From: a virus
Lineage: Duplodnaviria > Caudoviricetes
IMG/VR virus record: IMGVR_UViG_3300024279_000012
Location: 1 to 37,887 of that record
Strand: one strand, 5' to 3'
DNA length: 37,887 nt
This document shows, in pieces, positions 1-8,196 of the stretch (position 1 is the stretch's first letter; the number at the start of each line of letters is the position of its first letter). The notes beneath the pieces are model-generated. The model was not told the DNA's origin. It did not search any database and was given only the letters and a program-made list of their open reading frames with translations. Position numbers and translations under genes: made by a program.

Positions 1-137
1 AAGATGGAAATCCACGACTGGCAACCGTCGCGCAACGTGGCGCCGCAGAATCTGACGGTCTACGACGACGGGAGCTGGCGCGCGTACCCCACGTTCGGGG
101 TATCCATCGGGCGCGGGAATTTCGATCTGGTGCTGCG
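1..137. repeat. Terminal direct repeat, left copy (circular assembly overlap)
   Basis: 1-137 matches 37752-37887 except GATCTGG vs GATGGG near the end. Confidence 0.95.
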
Positions 138-231
138 GCATTATCGCAATCAGTCACGCACCGATCCTACCTACAAGTTTCCGGCGATCTGGTCAAAAAC
201 GACCAGCTTGACCGTGCGGTACCGGTTTTAA
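1..231 (+). CDS. C-terminal part of outer-membrane beta-barrel protein (continues from 37305 across the circular junction)
   Basis: In frame with the ORF starting at 37305; ends LTVRYRF, a beta-signal-like C-terminal Phe. Confidence 0.85.
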   Translation, partial: KMEIHDWQPSRNVAPQNLTVYDDGSWRAYPTFGVSIGRGNFDLVLRHYRNQSRTDPTYKFPAIWSKTTSLTVRYRF

Positions 232-267
232 GCAGTCCTTTCAACGAAGTGAAACTGGGGGATTATC

Positions 268-489
268 ATGAGCCAATATGACCGTATCCTGGCCGCGCTG
301 CGCAAGGCGGGCCGCAAGGGGTTGACGACTGCCGAGCTGGCCGCGCTGGTGCCCAGCAATTGCGTATGGCGGCGCGTTGCCGAAATGCCGATCTGGCACA
401 TGATCGGGAATAAGCGGTTCTATATCGACCGCTCCAGCCGGCTGATTAATAGCCGCCATGTCCGTGTGTATCGTCTCGTTCAGGTGTGA
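268..489 (+). CDS. Small winged-HTH-like DNA-binding protein
   Basis: RBS GGGGA; ILAALRK..GLTTAELAALV pattern. Confidence 0.7.
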   Translation: MSQYDRILAALRKAGRKGLTTAELAALVPSNCVWRRVAEMPIWHMIGNKRFYIDRSSRLINSRHVRVYRLVQV

Positions 490-711
490 ATCATGATGCT
501 CCTCTTGCCGCAGCTTGCGTGGCTGATCATGGTCGGCGCACCCCGCCAGAACCCGAAGCCGGAACCGGCTGTCAAGCCCGCGCCGGTCGTTCCCAAGGAT
601 TGATACATTTCGTTGCATGGGCGCGTCAGCGGTGACGCGCACTGTACAAAGTGACGGCGTATCGGTAACATTTGTGCAGAGGGTCAGCCAAATGGTTGAC
701 CTCGTTAGCAC

Positions 712-829
712 CTAGACAGGGTGCAACCCCTTGGCCGGGGTAAGACAGTAGGACTTCACATGCGTGGTGGCGGGTACTGTCCCGTTCGGCCAACCCTCCG
801 GGGACCGCGCAGGTGAAGTCCTTTTTTTT
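712..829 (+). promoter_or_regulatory. Structured leader/attenuator (C4-antisense-like) upstream of the replication gene
   Basis: Stem AGGACTTCAC 750-759 / GTGAAGTCCT 813-822 followed by T8; hairpin CCCC-TTGGCC-GGGG 727-740 whose loop is complementary to GGCCAA 788-793. Confidence 0.6.
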
Positions 830-852
830 GGACGATAGGGTAACAACAACAA

Positions 853-1611
853 ATGAGTTCCCTTTTGATTAATGAGCACCCTCTCATGGTGCTTCCGGGG
901 CTTGCGAAACAAATCGGTCTGAACGAAGCCATTGTTTTGCAGCAGATACATTACTGGACGCGCGAGAAGCGTCATGTGATCGACGGATTTTCCTGGACTT
1001 ACAACTCCGTCGAGGAATGGCAGAAGCAGTTCCCGTTCTGGTCTAACGCGACCATCCGCCGAGTGGTTGACTCGCTGGTGGACAAGGGACTGATCCTGAA
1101 GCGCAAGCTGTCAGAGAACCGGTTCGATGCAACCCTCTGGTATGCCATCAACCTGGACGCGCTGACCGAAAACAGTGAGCAAATCCATTTGCTCAAAATG
1201 AGCAAATCGTCTGCTCAATCTGAGCAAATCAGATCTGCTCAAAATGAGCAAATCACTAGTACTGAGACTACTAAGACTACTGCTAAGACTAGCAAGGCCC
1301 GCAAGACTTCCATCCCTGACGATTTTGGCATCTCTGCCATGGTAGAGGTCTGGGCGAAGAAAAACGGCTACACCGATCTGCAAGGCCATCTGGAAGCTTT
1401 TCGCCTAAAGTGCAAGGCGAAGGGCTACCAGTACATCGACTGGGATAGCGCCTTCATGGAAGCCATCCGCAAGGACTGGGCAGGCTTGACGGCCAAGGGT
1501 GGCGGCAAGGCGTACGGCAAGCAGGCGGAATGGGATTCCGTCATCGCGGAATTTGCCAGAGGTGGCAAATCTGATGATCCTTACACCATCGACATGGAGT
1601 ATGTATCGTGA
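853..1611 (+). CDS. Phage replication initiator protein (O-like, N-terminal wHTH)
   Basis: N-terminus LLINEHPLMVLPGLAKQIGLNEAIVLQQIHYW typical of phage replisome organisers; internal iterons. Confidence 0.85.
   Translation: MSSLLINEHPLMVLPGLAKQIGLNEAIVLQQIHYWTREKRHVIDGFSWTYNSVEEWQKQFPFWSNATIRRVVDSLVDKGLILKRKLSENRFDATLWYAINLDALTENSEQIHLLKMSKSSAQSEQIRSAQNEQITSTETTKTTAKTSKARKTSIPDDFGISAMVEVWAKKNGYTDLQGHLEAFRLKCKAKGYQYIDWDSAFMEAIRKDWAGLTAKGGGKAYGKQAEWDSVIAEFARGGKSDDPYTIDMEYVS
1176..1293. repeat. Replication origin iterons
   Basis: TGCTCA-N3-TGAGCAAATC at 1190-1208, 1212-1230, 1236-1254, half site at 1176-1185, followed by AGACTA repeats. Confidence 0.85.
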
Positions 1612-2336
1612 ACGAGCAAGATCGAATTCCCTTCGCCAAGGTGCTGGCGGCCACATTGGATGCCTACGGGCGCCGCCCTCCCATGTCGGATACCGTGGAA
1701 TTGTGGTTCCAGATCATGCGGCCTTTCAGCTTGGAGCAATTCCGCATGGCTTGCCAACAGGCCGTGATCACGAATCCCCAGAATCCGCCGACGCCTGGAT
1801 CTGTCCTGCAAACGCTACGGGGCAAGGATACGAGCCGGCCCGGCGCGGAGGAAGCTTGGGCGATTGCCGTGCGCGCCTGCGATGAGTCAGAGACCGTCAT
1901 GCTCACGGATGAGATTGCGCAAGCTTGGGGCGTTGCCCAGCCGATTTTCAGCCTCGGGGACGAGATAGGGGCACGGATGGCGTTCAAAGAGGCGTACGGG
2001 CGCATTACAGAGGCCGCAAGCGCACCGGCCAAGTGGTGGCCATCCCCCGGGAGCGACCCCTACAAGCGTGAAACGGCTTTATCCGAGGCAAAGAGACAAG
2101 GGCTATTGCCAGCTCCAACGGCGCAGGCTTTAGGTCTGTCAGACGAGACAGACAAAAGCGATCCTGATCCGGATGCGGTGACGCGATTCAAGCAGGCCAT
2201 CGCGGGCCTGAAGTTCGCCAATGAGGCACGCGCAGCGCAACGCGAGGCCGAAGCGGAAAAGCAACGGCTGGCCGTGCTGCAGCGCAAGCAGGCTATTGCG
2301 GATGTTGTGGCGCAATACAAAGGAGAGGGGAAATGA
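1608..2336 (+). CDS. Putative helicase loader/inhibitor (DUF6475-like)
   Basis: Coupled to the initiator by a GTGA overlap; RPGAEEAWA and GARMAFKEAYGR motifs. Confidence 0.7.
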   Translation: MNEQDRIPFAKVLAATLDAYGRRPPMSDTVELWFQIMRPFSLEQFRMACQQAVITNPQNPPTPGSVLQTLRGKDTSRPGAEEAWAIAVRACDESETVMLTDEIAQAWGVAQPIFSLGDEIGARMAFKEAYGRITEAASAPAKWWPSPGSDPYKRETALSEAKRQGLLPAPTAQALGLSDETDKSDPDPDAVTRFKQAIAGLKFANEARAAQREAEAEKQRLAVLQRKQAIADVVAQYKGEGK

Positions 2337-2566
2337 CCGTCGAAACCTATCTCGAAATGCTCCAAGCCCGGCGCCGCTACCATCTGCGCCGCCTCTTCCG
2401 AGAAGACGAATCGCAGAAGGATTTCGCCAAGCGCCTCGGGGTGAACCATCATTACTTTTGCGCGCTGTTATCCGGGCTGCGGCCCTTCAGTGAAAAGCGC
2501 GCGAGGGCGATCGAAGAAGCCTGCGGGCTGGCATTCGGATTTCTTGACAGCGAGGTGACGACATGA
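2333..2566 (+). CDS. XRE/Cro-like HTH transcriptional regulator
   Basis: SQKDFAKRLGV..LLSGLRPFSEKRARAIEEACGL..GFLD. Confidence 0.8.
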   Translation: MTVETYLEMLQARRRYHLRRLFREDESQKDFAKRLGVNHHYFCALLSGLRPFSEKRARAIEEACGLAFGFLDSEVTT

Positions 2567-2862
2567 ACTGCAAACCGGGGGATCTGGCGATCATCATCGC
2601 CTCGAAGGTTCCCGCGAACATCGGGCGAATCGTGGAAATCGTCTGCATGAGGCCGGCTGGCCGGTTTGATCACAAAGAATATGGTCCCGCAATAGCTGAT
2701 GAATCCATGTGGGAGATCCGATTCATTGGATCTTCAGGCTGGGGGCTGAAAGTCAGCGGCAGGCTGTTCGAAAGCTGGATTTCGTGGATTCCGGACAGGA
2801 AATTGCGCCCTGTCAGCGGCATTCCGGTACATGACGAACAACAAATGGAGATGCCAGCATGA
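2563..2862 (+). CDS. Hypothetical phage protein
   Basis: ATGA coupling; MNCKPGDLAIII...IPDRKLRP. Confidence 0.75.
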   Translation: MNCKPGDLAIIIASKVPANIGRIVEIVCMRPAGRFDHKEYGPAIADESMWEIRFIGSSGWGLKVSGRLFESWISWIPDRKLRPVSGIPVHDEQQMEMPA

Positions 2863-2951
2863 ACGATAAATGGATTCGATGCACGATCTGCTCCAGCGAC
2901 CAGCACCGCATGGAGGATTGCCCGTGGACACGTGTTAGGCTGGCGCGATGA
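2859..2951 (+). CDS. 30-aa CCHC zinc-knuckle microprotein
   Basis: MNDKWIRCTICSSDQHRMEDCPWTRVRLAR (C-x2-C-x4-H-x4-C); ATGA coupling on both sides; not in ORF track. Confidence 0.65.
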   Translation: MNDKWIRCTICSSDQHRMEDCPWTRVRLAR

Positions 2952-3040
2952 CGGCCAACGATGAAATCCTATACACCTGCGCCGGGCTGCTGCTGGCGCT
3001 GTTTATGACCTTGGCCTATCTGCTGTGGAGGGGGGAATGA
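2948..3040 (+). CDS. 30-aa single-TM microprotein
   Basis: MTANDEILYTCAGLLLALFMTLAYLLWRGE; ATGA coupling on both sides. Confidence 0.55.
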   Translation: MTANDEILYTCAGLLLALFMTLAYLLWRGE

Positions 3041-3321
3041 TGACGTTGCGAGAACGATTGCAGGAAAAGCGCGATTGGTTGGCGAATACGCCAGGCATAA
3101 AGGGCGCCTATACCCATCTGACGGTGGCGGAGCTGGACCGGCTCATCAGCGGACTGGATGCGGTAGAGAATCCAGCGCTACCAAAGATCGAGCCACGCAT
3201 GCTGGGAGCGCAGGAGCCGCGCGGGACTAGGTGCACGCCGCAGGAAGTGGCGCAACGCCTGGCGGAGCTGTACGGGCAAACGCCGGAGATTCGAAGAAAT
3301 ATCGTCAAAGAGCTTGCATAA
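3037..3321 (+). CDS. Hypothetical protein
   Basis: RBS GGAGGGG and ATGA coupling. Confidence 0.7.
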   Translation: MMTLRERLQEKRDWLANTPGIKGAYTHLTVAELDRLISGLDAVENPALPKIEPRMLGAQEPRGTRCTPQEVAQRLAELYGQTPEIRRNIVKELA

Positions 3322-3342
3322 CTGCGCGCAGCTTGCTATGAT
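3314..3342 (+). promoter_or_regulatory. Sigma70-type promoter with palindromic operator
   Basis: TTGCAT-17-TATGAT with CTGCGCGCAG (3322-3331) in the spacer. Confidence 0.7.
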
Positions 3343-3379
3343 TCAGTCATCGAGCAACGCAACGAACGAGGGGAACAAA

Positions 3380-3691
3380 ATGATCAAGAACAGCAAGCAA
3401 GCATGGGAAATTGGCCAGCAAGTTAAGGTTGGCTTCCTGTCTGGCCTGACGGTGATTGCAAAGGTTGCGACTCCTGGCGATTACGTACCTGACGCCTATG
3501 TGCTGCTGCGCGGCGAACAGTTCTACTCGTTCGTGCCTCACAACGGCATCTCGAAGCTCAGCGTTGAGGAAGCGCGCGAGATGGTTGCCGAAGGCAAGCG
3601 CCAGAATGCCGCCGCCGAAGCTCGCGCCGCCCAACAGGCCGCCGGAGCAATCGCTGCTGCCAAGCTGGCTGCAGAACTGATGGCTGCCTGA
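3380..3691 (+). CDS. Hypothetical protein
   Basis: RBS GAGGGG; MIKNSKQAWEIGQQVKVGFL. Confidence 0.8.
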   Translation: MIKNSKQAWEIGQQVKVGFLSGLTVIAKVATPGDYVPDAYVLLRGEQFYSFVPHNGISKLSVEEAREMVAEGKRQNAAAEARAAQQAAGAIAAAKLAAELMAA

Positions 3692-4185
3692 TGACGGAAG
3701 ACCGTTTCGAGGAAATCCTGATCGCGGCTGACCCGAAGCCCAAGCGGATTCTGGCGCTCGATCCGGGGCCAGCTCAGACGGGGTGGGTGCGCTTCAAAGA
3801 CGGCATGGTGGAATCGTCAGGCGTGGCCGCGAACAATGAAATGCTCGGCGCATTGTCGGACGGTGATCTTGTCGACCTGCTAGCCATTGAAATGATTGCG
3901 TCTTACGGCATGGCTGTCGGCAAGGATGTTTTCGAGACGTGTGTATGGATTGGTCGCTACATGCAGGAGTGGTATGACCCGAAGGCTGTCAGGCTGATCT
4001 ACCGCAAGGACGTGAAGATGCATCTTTGCGGCACGCCGAGAGCCAAGGACGCAAATATCCGGCAGGCGCTTATTGATCTGCTGGGGCCGCAAGGGACGAA
4101 GAAAGAGCCGGGGCCGACCTACGGAGTCAAGTCGCATGCTTGGGCCGCTCTGGCGGTCGCTGTGACGGCTGCAAACGCAAGCTAA
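3691..4185 (+). CDS. RuvC-like Holliday junction resolvase
   Basis: ILALDPG..TGWV, LAIE, VKMHLCG..AKD, HAWAALAVA RNase H-fold motifs. Confidence 0.8.
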   Translation: MTEDRFEEILIAADPKPKRILALDPGPAQTGWVRFKDGMVESSGVAANNEMLGALSDGDLVDLLAIEMIASYGMAVGKDVFETCVWIGRYMQEWYDPKAVRLIYRKDVKMHLCGTPRAKDANIRQALIDLLGPQGTKKEPGPTYGVKSHAWAALAVAVTAANAS

Positions 4186-4205
4186 CAGGAAAGAGAGGGG
4201 AACTA

Positions 4206-4379
4206 ATGGCCAAGAAAACCGCACCCAAGCTGACGACCTGCCCAAGCGCAGCGTACCAGGAATACAAGCCGGATCTGGCGACACGGCTGGCCATCGAGAA
4301 GGCCAAGCGCGAGCAGCCGCCGTTGCTGACGCTCGCTTCATCGGTTCCGTCGCTTATTAAGGGAGAAGGCTGGCGATGA
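4206..4379 (+). CDS. Hypothetical protein
   Basis: RBS GAGGGG; MAKKTAPKLTTCP. Confidence 0.6.
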   Translation: MAKKTAPKLTTCPSAAYQEYKPDLATRLAIEKAKREQPPLLTLASSVPSLIKGEGWR

Positions 4380-4477
4380 CTGCCGAAGCCATTCTGCTAG
4401 CTGGCATTGGCACTTGCCTAGCCATTGCTGCCGCGCTCATTGTCATGCTGGCGATTACGTTTGAGAACTTGGATTAA
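4376..4477 (+). CDS. 33-aa single-TM microprotein
   Basis: MTAEAILLAGIGTCLAIAAALIVMLAITFENLD; ATGA coupling. Confidence 0.5.
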   Translation: MTAEAILLAGIGTCLAIAAALIVMLAITFENLD

Positions 4478-4517
4478 CCTTCACCCTCGCCTCTGAAAAC
4501 CCATTCAGAGACTTCCG

Positions 4518-4551
4518 GCCCGGGGTAGAATGATCTATCTCGGGCATTTTT
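4518..4551 (+). terminator. Intrinsic terminator
   Basis: 12-bp stem GCCCGGGGTAGA / TCTATCTCGGGC followed by ATTTTT. Confidence 0.65.
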
Positions 4552-4564
4552 CAGGAACAAAATC

Positions 4565-4759
4565 ATGGTCCAGGCAGTCGCATCTATTCAGGTTCCGGAC
4601 GCAAGCCAGCTCACCATTACCATGACCATGACTATTGCGGATTGGTCGGCAATGCGGGATGATATTGCGGGACTGCTCCAGCAATCCGTGCCGCTGGCGC
4701 AAATGGCGTTGCAACTCAACACCATCATTGACCGCGCACGGGCGCAAGCCGGAGGCTAG
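4565..4759 (+). CDS. Hypothetical protein
   Basis: RBS AGGA; abuts the next gene. Confidence 0.6.
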   Translation: MVQAVASIQVPDASQLTITMTMTIADWSAMRDDIAGLLQQSVPLAQMALQLNTIIDRARAQAGG

Positions 4760-4760
4760 C

Positions 4761-4955
4761 ATGGCAAAAACGATCGACCAAATGACGGCGCAGGTTCTCG
4801 CCAACCTGAAAACCGGCTACCAGTGCATGACCTATCCGCAGCCGGATAGCAACTTCACGAAGGACCGTATGGATGCCAGCAAGGCGGCCGGGATCGTGAA
4901 GAAGGATCAGAGCGTCTACAAGGGCAAGAAGATTCCCATCTGGCAGCGAGGCTGA
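4761..4955 (+). CDS. Small basic hypothetical protein
   Basis: RBS GGAGG; [17 protein letters not shown]. Confidence 0.7.
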   Translation: MAKTIDQMTAQVLANLKTGYQCMTYPQPDSNFTKDRMDASKAAGIVKKDQSVYKGKKIPIWQRG

Positions 4956-4956
4956 C

Positions 4957-5133
4957 ATGCCGCTTGTCAAATCCACCAGCAAAAAGGCGCGCGAGGAGAA
5001 TATCAAGCGCGAGATTGAGGCCGGAAAAGAACCGAAACAGGCGGTTGCCATCGGCTATTCGGTGCAGAGAGAAGCCCAGAAAGACAAGAAAAAGTCTTAT
5101 CCCATGCCCAAAAGCCGCTTCGCTAAGGACTAA
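4957..5133 (+). CDS. 58-aa basic protein (DUF6496-like KQAVAI motif)
   Basis: [58 protein letters not shown]; RBS GAGG; missing from ORF track. Confidence 0.75.
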   Translation: MPLVKSTSKKAREENIKREIEAGKEPKQAVAIGYSVQREAQKDKKKSYPMPKSRFAKD

Positions 5134-5135
5134 TC

Positions 5136-5396
5136 ATGGCCGACCTGACAGAAAAGCAGCGCGACAAGATGAAGGCGAAAACCTTTGGGCTGCCCGAGGA
5201 ACGTAAATTCCCGATGCCAGACCGGAAACACGCCGCCAATGCGAAGGCTAGGGCCAGCCAGCAATACAATAAGGGCAATCTGAGCGAGGCCGACAAGGCC
5301 AAGATCGACCGCAAGGCGGACAAGATGCTGGGCGAAAACAAGCCGGCCAAGAAAGAATATCCCATGCCGCCGAGTCGCTTCCAAAAGAAAGACTAA
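5136..5396 (+). CDS. Small basic protein (DUF6582-like)
   Basis: FGLPEERKFPMPDRKHAANAKARA motif. Confidence 0.8.
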   Translation: MADLTEKQRDKMKAKTFGLPEERKFPMPDRKHAANAKARASQQYNKGNLSEADKAKIDRKADKMLGENKPAKKEYPMPPSRFQKKD

Positions 5397-5422
5397 CCTA
5401 CGAACTGGACGTAAGAAAAATA

Positions 5423-6226
5423 ATGTTCGACGTTCAAGTTCCCTTCGGTTATGCCGCCGCCATCAGCTCCGGCGGCGCGACGGCGCGTATTGCCACGCTA
5501 GGTAATAACCCGGATATTGACACGACCAGCCAGCCCGAGGATGTATGGGTGGGCGCAGAATTGGGTACGCTGAACGGGGTAGATCACCGCTTCATTCCGA
5601 AGCCACAGGCCGCGACCAGCATGGAAATCGTGTCCTCGGATGCGAATGACGCTGCCGCAGGCACGGGCGCCAGAACGGCGATATTGACCTATCTGGACGC
5701 CACCTATACCCAGAAAACCGCCATTCTGACGCTGAACGGCCTGACGCCGGTCGCCATTGCCGATCCGATCATGCGGATTAATGGGCTGATCGTGGCGAGC
5801 GCCGGTACCTTTGGCGGCAACAATATCGGCAATCTCAGCGTGCGCGCGGCTGGTGGACTAGGCGCGACCTATTCCTATATGCTGGCCGGGACCGGGATTG
5901 CTCGCAGCTCGCTATTCACGACTCCGGCGAAGCTCTCGGCGGATATTCTCAGCCTCGTGATTTCGATCAACCAGACCGATACCAGCTCCCGTGCGGCGGT
6001 TTTCTCGCTCTGCACCCAGAACCAAGCGGGCCGGCTGATCAAGGGATTAGAGGTTGCCTGTACGTCCTCGGCACCCTATCGGCATGAGGCGGCCAACGTC
6101 CCGCTGAATGTGCTGGCCGAGAAAACGGATATCTGGATGCGCTGCGAAGCGGTAAGCGTGAATAACACCAATGTCACGGCTGCGATCTTCGGTTATACCC
6201 GGAATGCGGTGAATTTCACGCTCTAA
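5423..6226 (+). CDS. Hypothetical beta-rich, probably virion-associated protein
   Basis: 267 aa, Ala/Thr/Gly rich; VSSDANDAAAGTGART motif. Confidence 0.75.
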   Translation: MFDVQVPFGYAAAISSGGATARIATLGNNPDIDTTSQPEDVWVGAELGTLNGVDHRFIPKPQAATSMEIVSSDANDAAAGTGARTAILTYLDATYTQKTAILTLNGLTPVAIADPIMRINGLIVASAGTFGGNNIGNLSVRAAGGLGATYSYMLAGTGIARSSLFTTPAKLSADILSLVISINQTDTSSRAAVFSLCTQNQAGRLIKGLEVACTSSAPYRHEAANVPLNVLAEKTDIWMRCEAVSVNNTNVTAAIFGYTRNAVNFTL

Positions 6227-6232
6227 GTGACG

Positions 6233-6261
6233 TAGGAAAAACCGATAAATACGCGTATAAT
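6233..6261 (+). promoter_or_regulatory. Putative promoter for the ncRNA/terS transcript
   Basis: Perfect -10 TATAAT at 6256-6261, weak -35; first hairpin begins at 6268. Confidence 0.55.
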
Positions 6262-6267
6262 CAGATC

Positions 6268-6838
6268 GTGCCTTGGAAACAGGGCACTCTGGCAGTCGGC
6301 AGCAACTATGTCAGGCGGAATCCCCTCAACTCGCCCGCCTGGCGCTGCCGACTCCCAGAGAAGCGCGGCAAAGTGGGCGCAGCCACTCTAAAAAACTCGT
6401 AGGAGTATTTCAGCATGTTTTGACTGGACGTGCTGGCCGGATACTGCAGAATCGGCTGCGCTTCTCTCCTCACGCATGCGCCTTTGCGGTTGCGACTACG
6501 CGGCCGATTCGAGCAAGGGCGCATCCGTGAGGGAGGTGCATGGGGTACCTAGTGCTTCTGTCTCGCTAAAACGCCATGGCGTGCGAATTAGGTCCGGAGA
6601 TTACGCCCTCACATCATGACCTATGGCATTGAGGGTCCATAGGGACCGGTTACGCGGTTCAGCATCGGTAGGAAAGGTGCGACGGTGGGCACGAAGGCGC
6701 GAACCTCGCGGGCCGTGCGACGGGAAAGCGTGACAGACCGTTGTAAGAGAGGGAGGCGAAAGCCGCTGGACGCCGAACAGCCAATCGGCCGCTGGCCCTG
6801 CGATACGGGCATTTACCATCCCAATAACCACGCGCACC
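6268..6838 (+). ncRNA. Large structured non-coding RNA candidate (~570 nt)
   Basis: No credible ORF; more than 12 stems with G-U pairs on the + strand, GAAA tetraloops, and an H-type pseudoknot at 6605-6643. Confidence 0.75.
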
Positions 6839-6857
6839 GCCTCTACAGGTAAAGCAC

Positions 6858-7283
6858 ATGGCAGCCAATAAGGGCGGACGACCGTCCATCTACTCCCAAG
6901 AACTCGCTTCTGAAATCTGCGCACAGATCGCAGACGGGCACAGCCTCCGCAAGATTTGCCGCGAGGATGGCATGCCCACTCTTTCCACCATTTTCTACTG
7001 GCTGGGCAAGAATCCGGACTTTTCGGACCAGTATGCGCGCGCGAAAGACAGCCAGGCCGACGCTTTGGCCGAAGATATCCTCGATATTGCCGATTTGCCG
7101 CCAGCCATGACGGAGAAAGGCATTGACTCGGCGGACGTGGCGGACAAGCGCCTGCGGATTGAGGCCCGCAAATGGATCGCCAGCAAGCTCAAGCCCAAGA
7201 AGTACGGGGACAAGATCGAGCAGGAGATTAAGGGCGAACTGGGCCTGACGGTGCAGATTGTGCGGATGGGGGATGGCGAATGA
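6858..7283 (+). CDS. terS: Terminase small subunit (Sf6 gp1-like)
   Basis: GRPSIYSQELASEICAQIADGHSLRKIC; RKWIASKLKPKKYGDK. Confidence 0.92.
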   Translation: MAANKGGRPSIYSQELASEICAQIADGHSLRKICREDGMPTLSTIFYWLGKNPDFSDQYARAKDSQADALAEDILDIADLPPAMTEKGIDSADVADKRLRIEARKWIASKLKPKKYGDKIEQEIKGELGLTVQIVRMGDGE

Positions 7284-7471
7284 CACTCGACGAGCATGCG
7301 GGAAACAGCCATCTTTCGGCGGACTGGAAGTTCAGCGCGGAAGAGTCGCAGCGCATTTGTGACAACATCCAGCAGAACAACGCATTTTTCAGATTGCTGA
7401 AGGCTAGAGCAGCGCAACAAAATGAAGAGACCGCGCGGGGCGGCGAGCAACAAAATTGCGTGGAGGGGTGA
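7280..7471 (+). CDS. Hypothetical protein
   Basis: ATGA coupling with terS. Confidence 0.55.
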   Translation: MTLDEHAGNSHLSADWKFSAEESQRICDNIQQNNAFFRLLKARAAQQNEETARGGEQQNCVEG

Positions 7472-7692
7472 TGAAGAACATCCACCGATGGATTGTTCAT
7501 GGATTCCATGGGCCGGTGGGTGAGAGATTCCGCGCCATTTACGTGCGCGCCTGGATTGCCAGCCTATCGTTGAACCTTACGGCAGAGCATTTGAATATGT
7601 GGCCATCGCACTGGCATGCGAATCCGCCTCGCACAACGCTGAAAGAGCGCATCATTGCTCGCTGCATTCTTAAAAAGCACGGATGCCAGTAA
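7468..7692 (+). CDS. Hypothetical protein
   Basis: RBS GGAGGG, GTGA/ATG coupling. Confidence 0.55.
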   Translation: MMKNIHRWIVHGFHGPVGERFRAIYVRAWIASLSLNLTAEHLNMWPSHWHANPPRTTLKERIIARCILKKHGCQ

Positions 7693-7727
7693 TCCAGCTC
7701 CCCAACCAATGGAAGCAATATGGCTGA
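7683..7727 (+). pseudogene. Relic 5' end of terL (MPVIQLPNQWKQYG*)
   Basis: Encodes nearly the same N-terminus as terL (MPVIQLPNNGWK) with different codons. Confidence 0.7.
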
Positions 7728-8196
7728 AATCAGAACAAAACGCGGCGACGTGATCCTGGTTGACGACGAGGATTACGCGAATTTGTCTTCGAAAGTATGG
7801 TTCGTAGATGGCTACGGCTACGCAAAACGGACTCAGCGAGTTGGGCCGCGCCGAGAGGGAAAGCAAATCACGATCCCCATGCATCGCTATATTCTGGGAA
7901 TGGAAAGCGGTGATAGCCGTCAAGTCGATCACATCAACGGCAACCCTATGGACAATCGCCGGGCGAACTTGCGCATTTGCTCAAAGGATGAGAATTGCCG
8001 GAATCGTCGCGTGCATTCGAACAACCGCCTTGGCATCAAGGGTGTGAGCGCTCACGGCGACAAGTTCAGGTCTGAGATTCAAGTCAATAAGCGGCGCGTC
8101 TACCTTGGCCTGCACGATACGGCGGAGTTGGCCAATGAATTTTACGCGCTAGCCGCTGAAATGCTCCACGGCGAATTTGCCAGTACGAGGATGTGA
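7720..8196 (+). CDS. HNH homing endonuclease with C-terminal AP2 domain
   Basis: MHRYIL..VDHINGNPMDNRRANLR; GIKGV..FRSEI..RVYLGLH.TAELA. Confidence 0.92.
   Translation: MAEIRTKRGDVILVDDEDYANLSSKVWFVDGYGYAKRTQRVGPRREGKQITIPMHRYILGMESGDSRQVDHINGNPMDNRRANLRICSKDENCRNRRVHSNNRLGIKGVSAHGDKFRSEIQVNKRRVYLGLHDTAELANEFYALAAEMLHGEFASTRM

Noticed and set aside
6710-6756. Resemblance to group II intron domain V (GGGCCGTGCGACGGGAAAG...GAGAGGGAGG)
   Set aside because: The 3' arm cannot pair to form the DV stem, there is no interrupted gene or RT, and an alternative pairing (6679-86/6737-44) explains it
6273-6924. Short ORFs overlapping the structured region
   Set aside because: No good RBS, atypical composition, mutually overlapping; RNA structure is the better explanation
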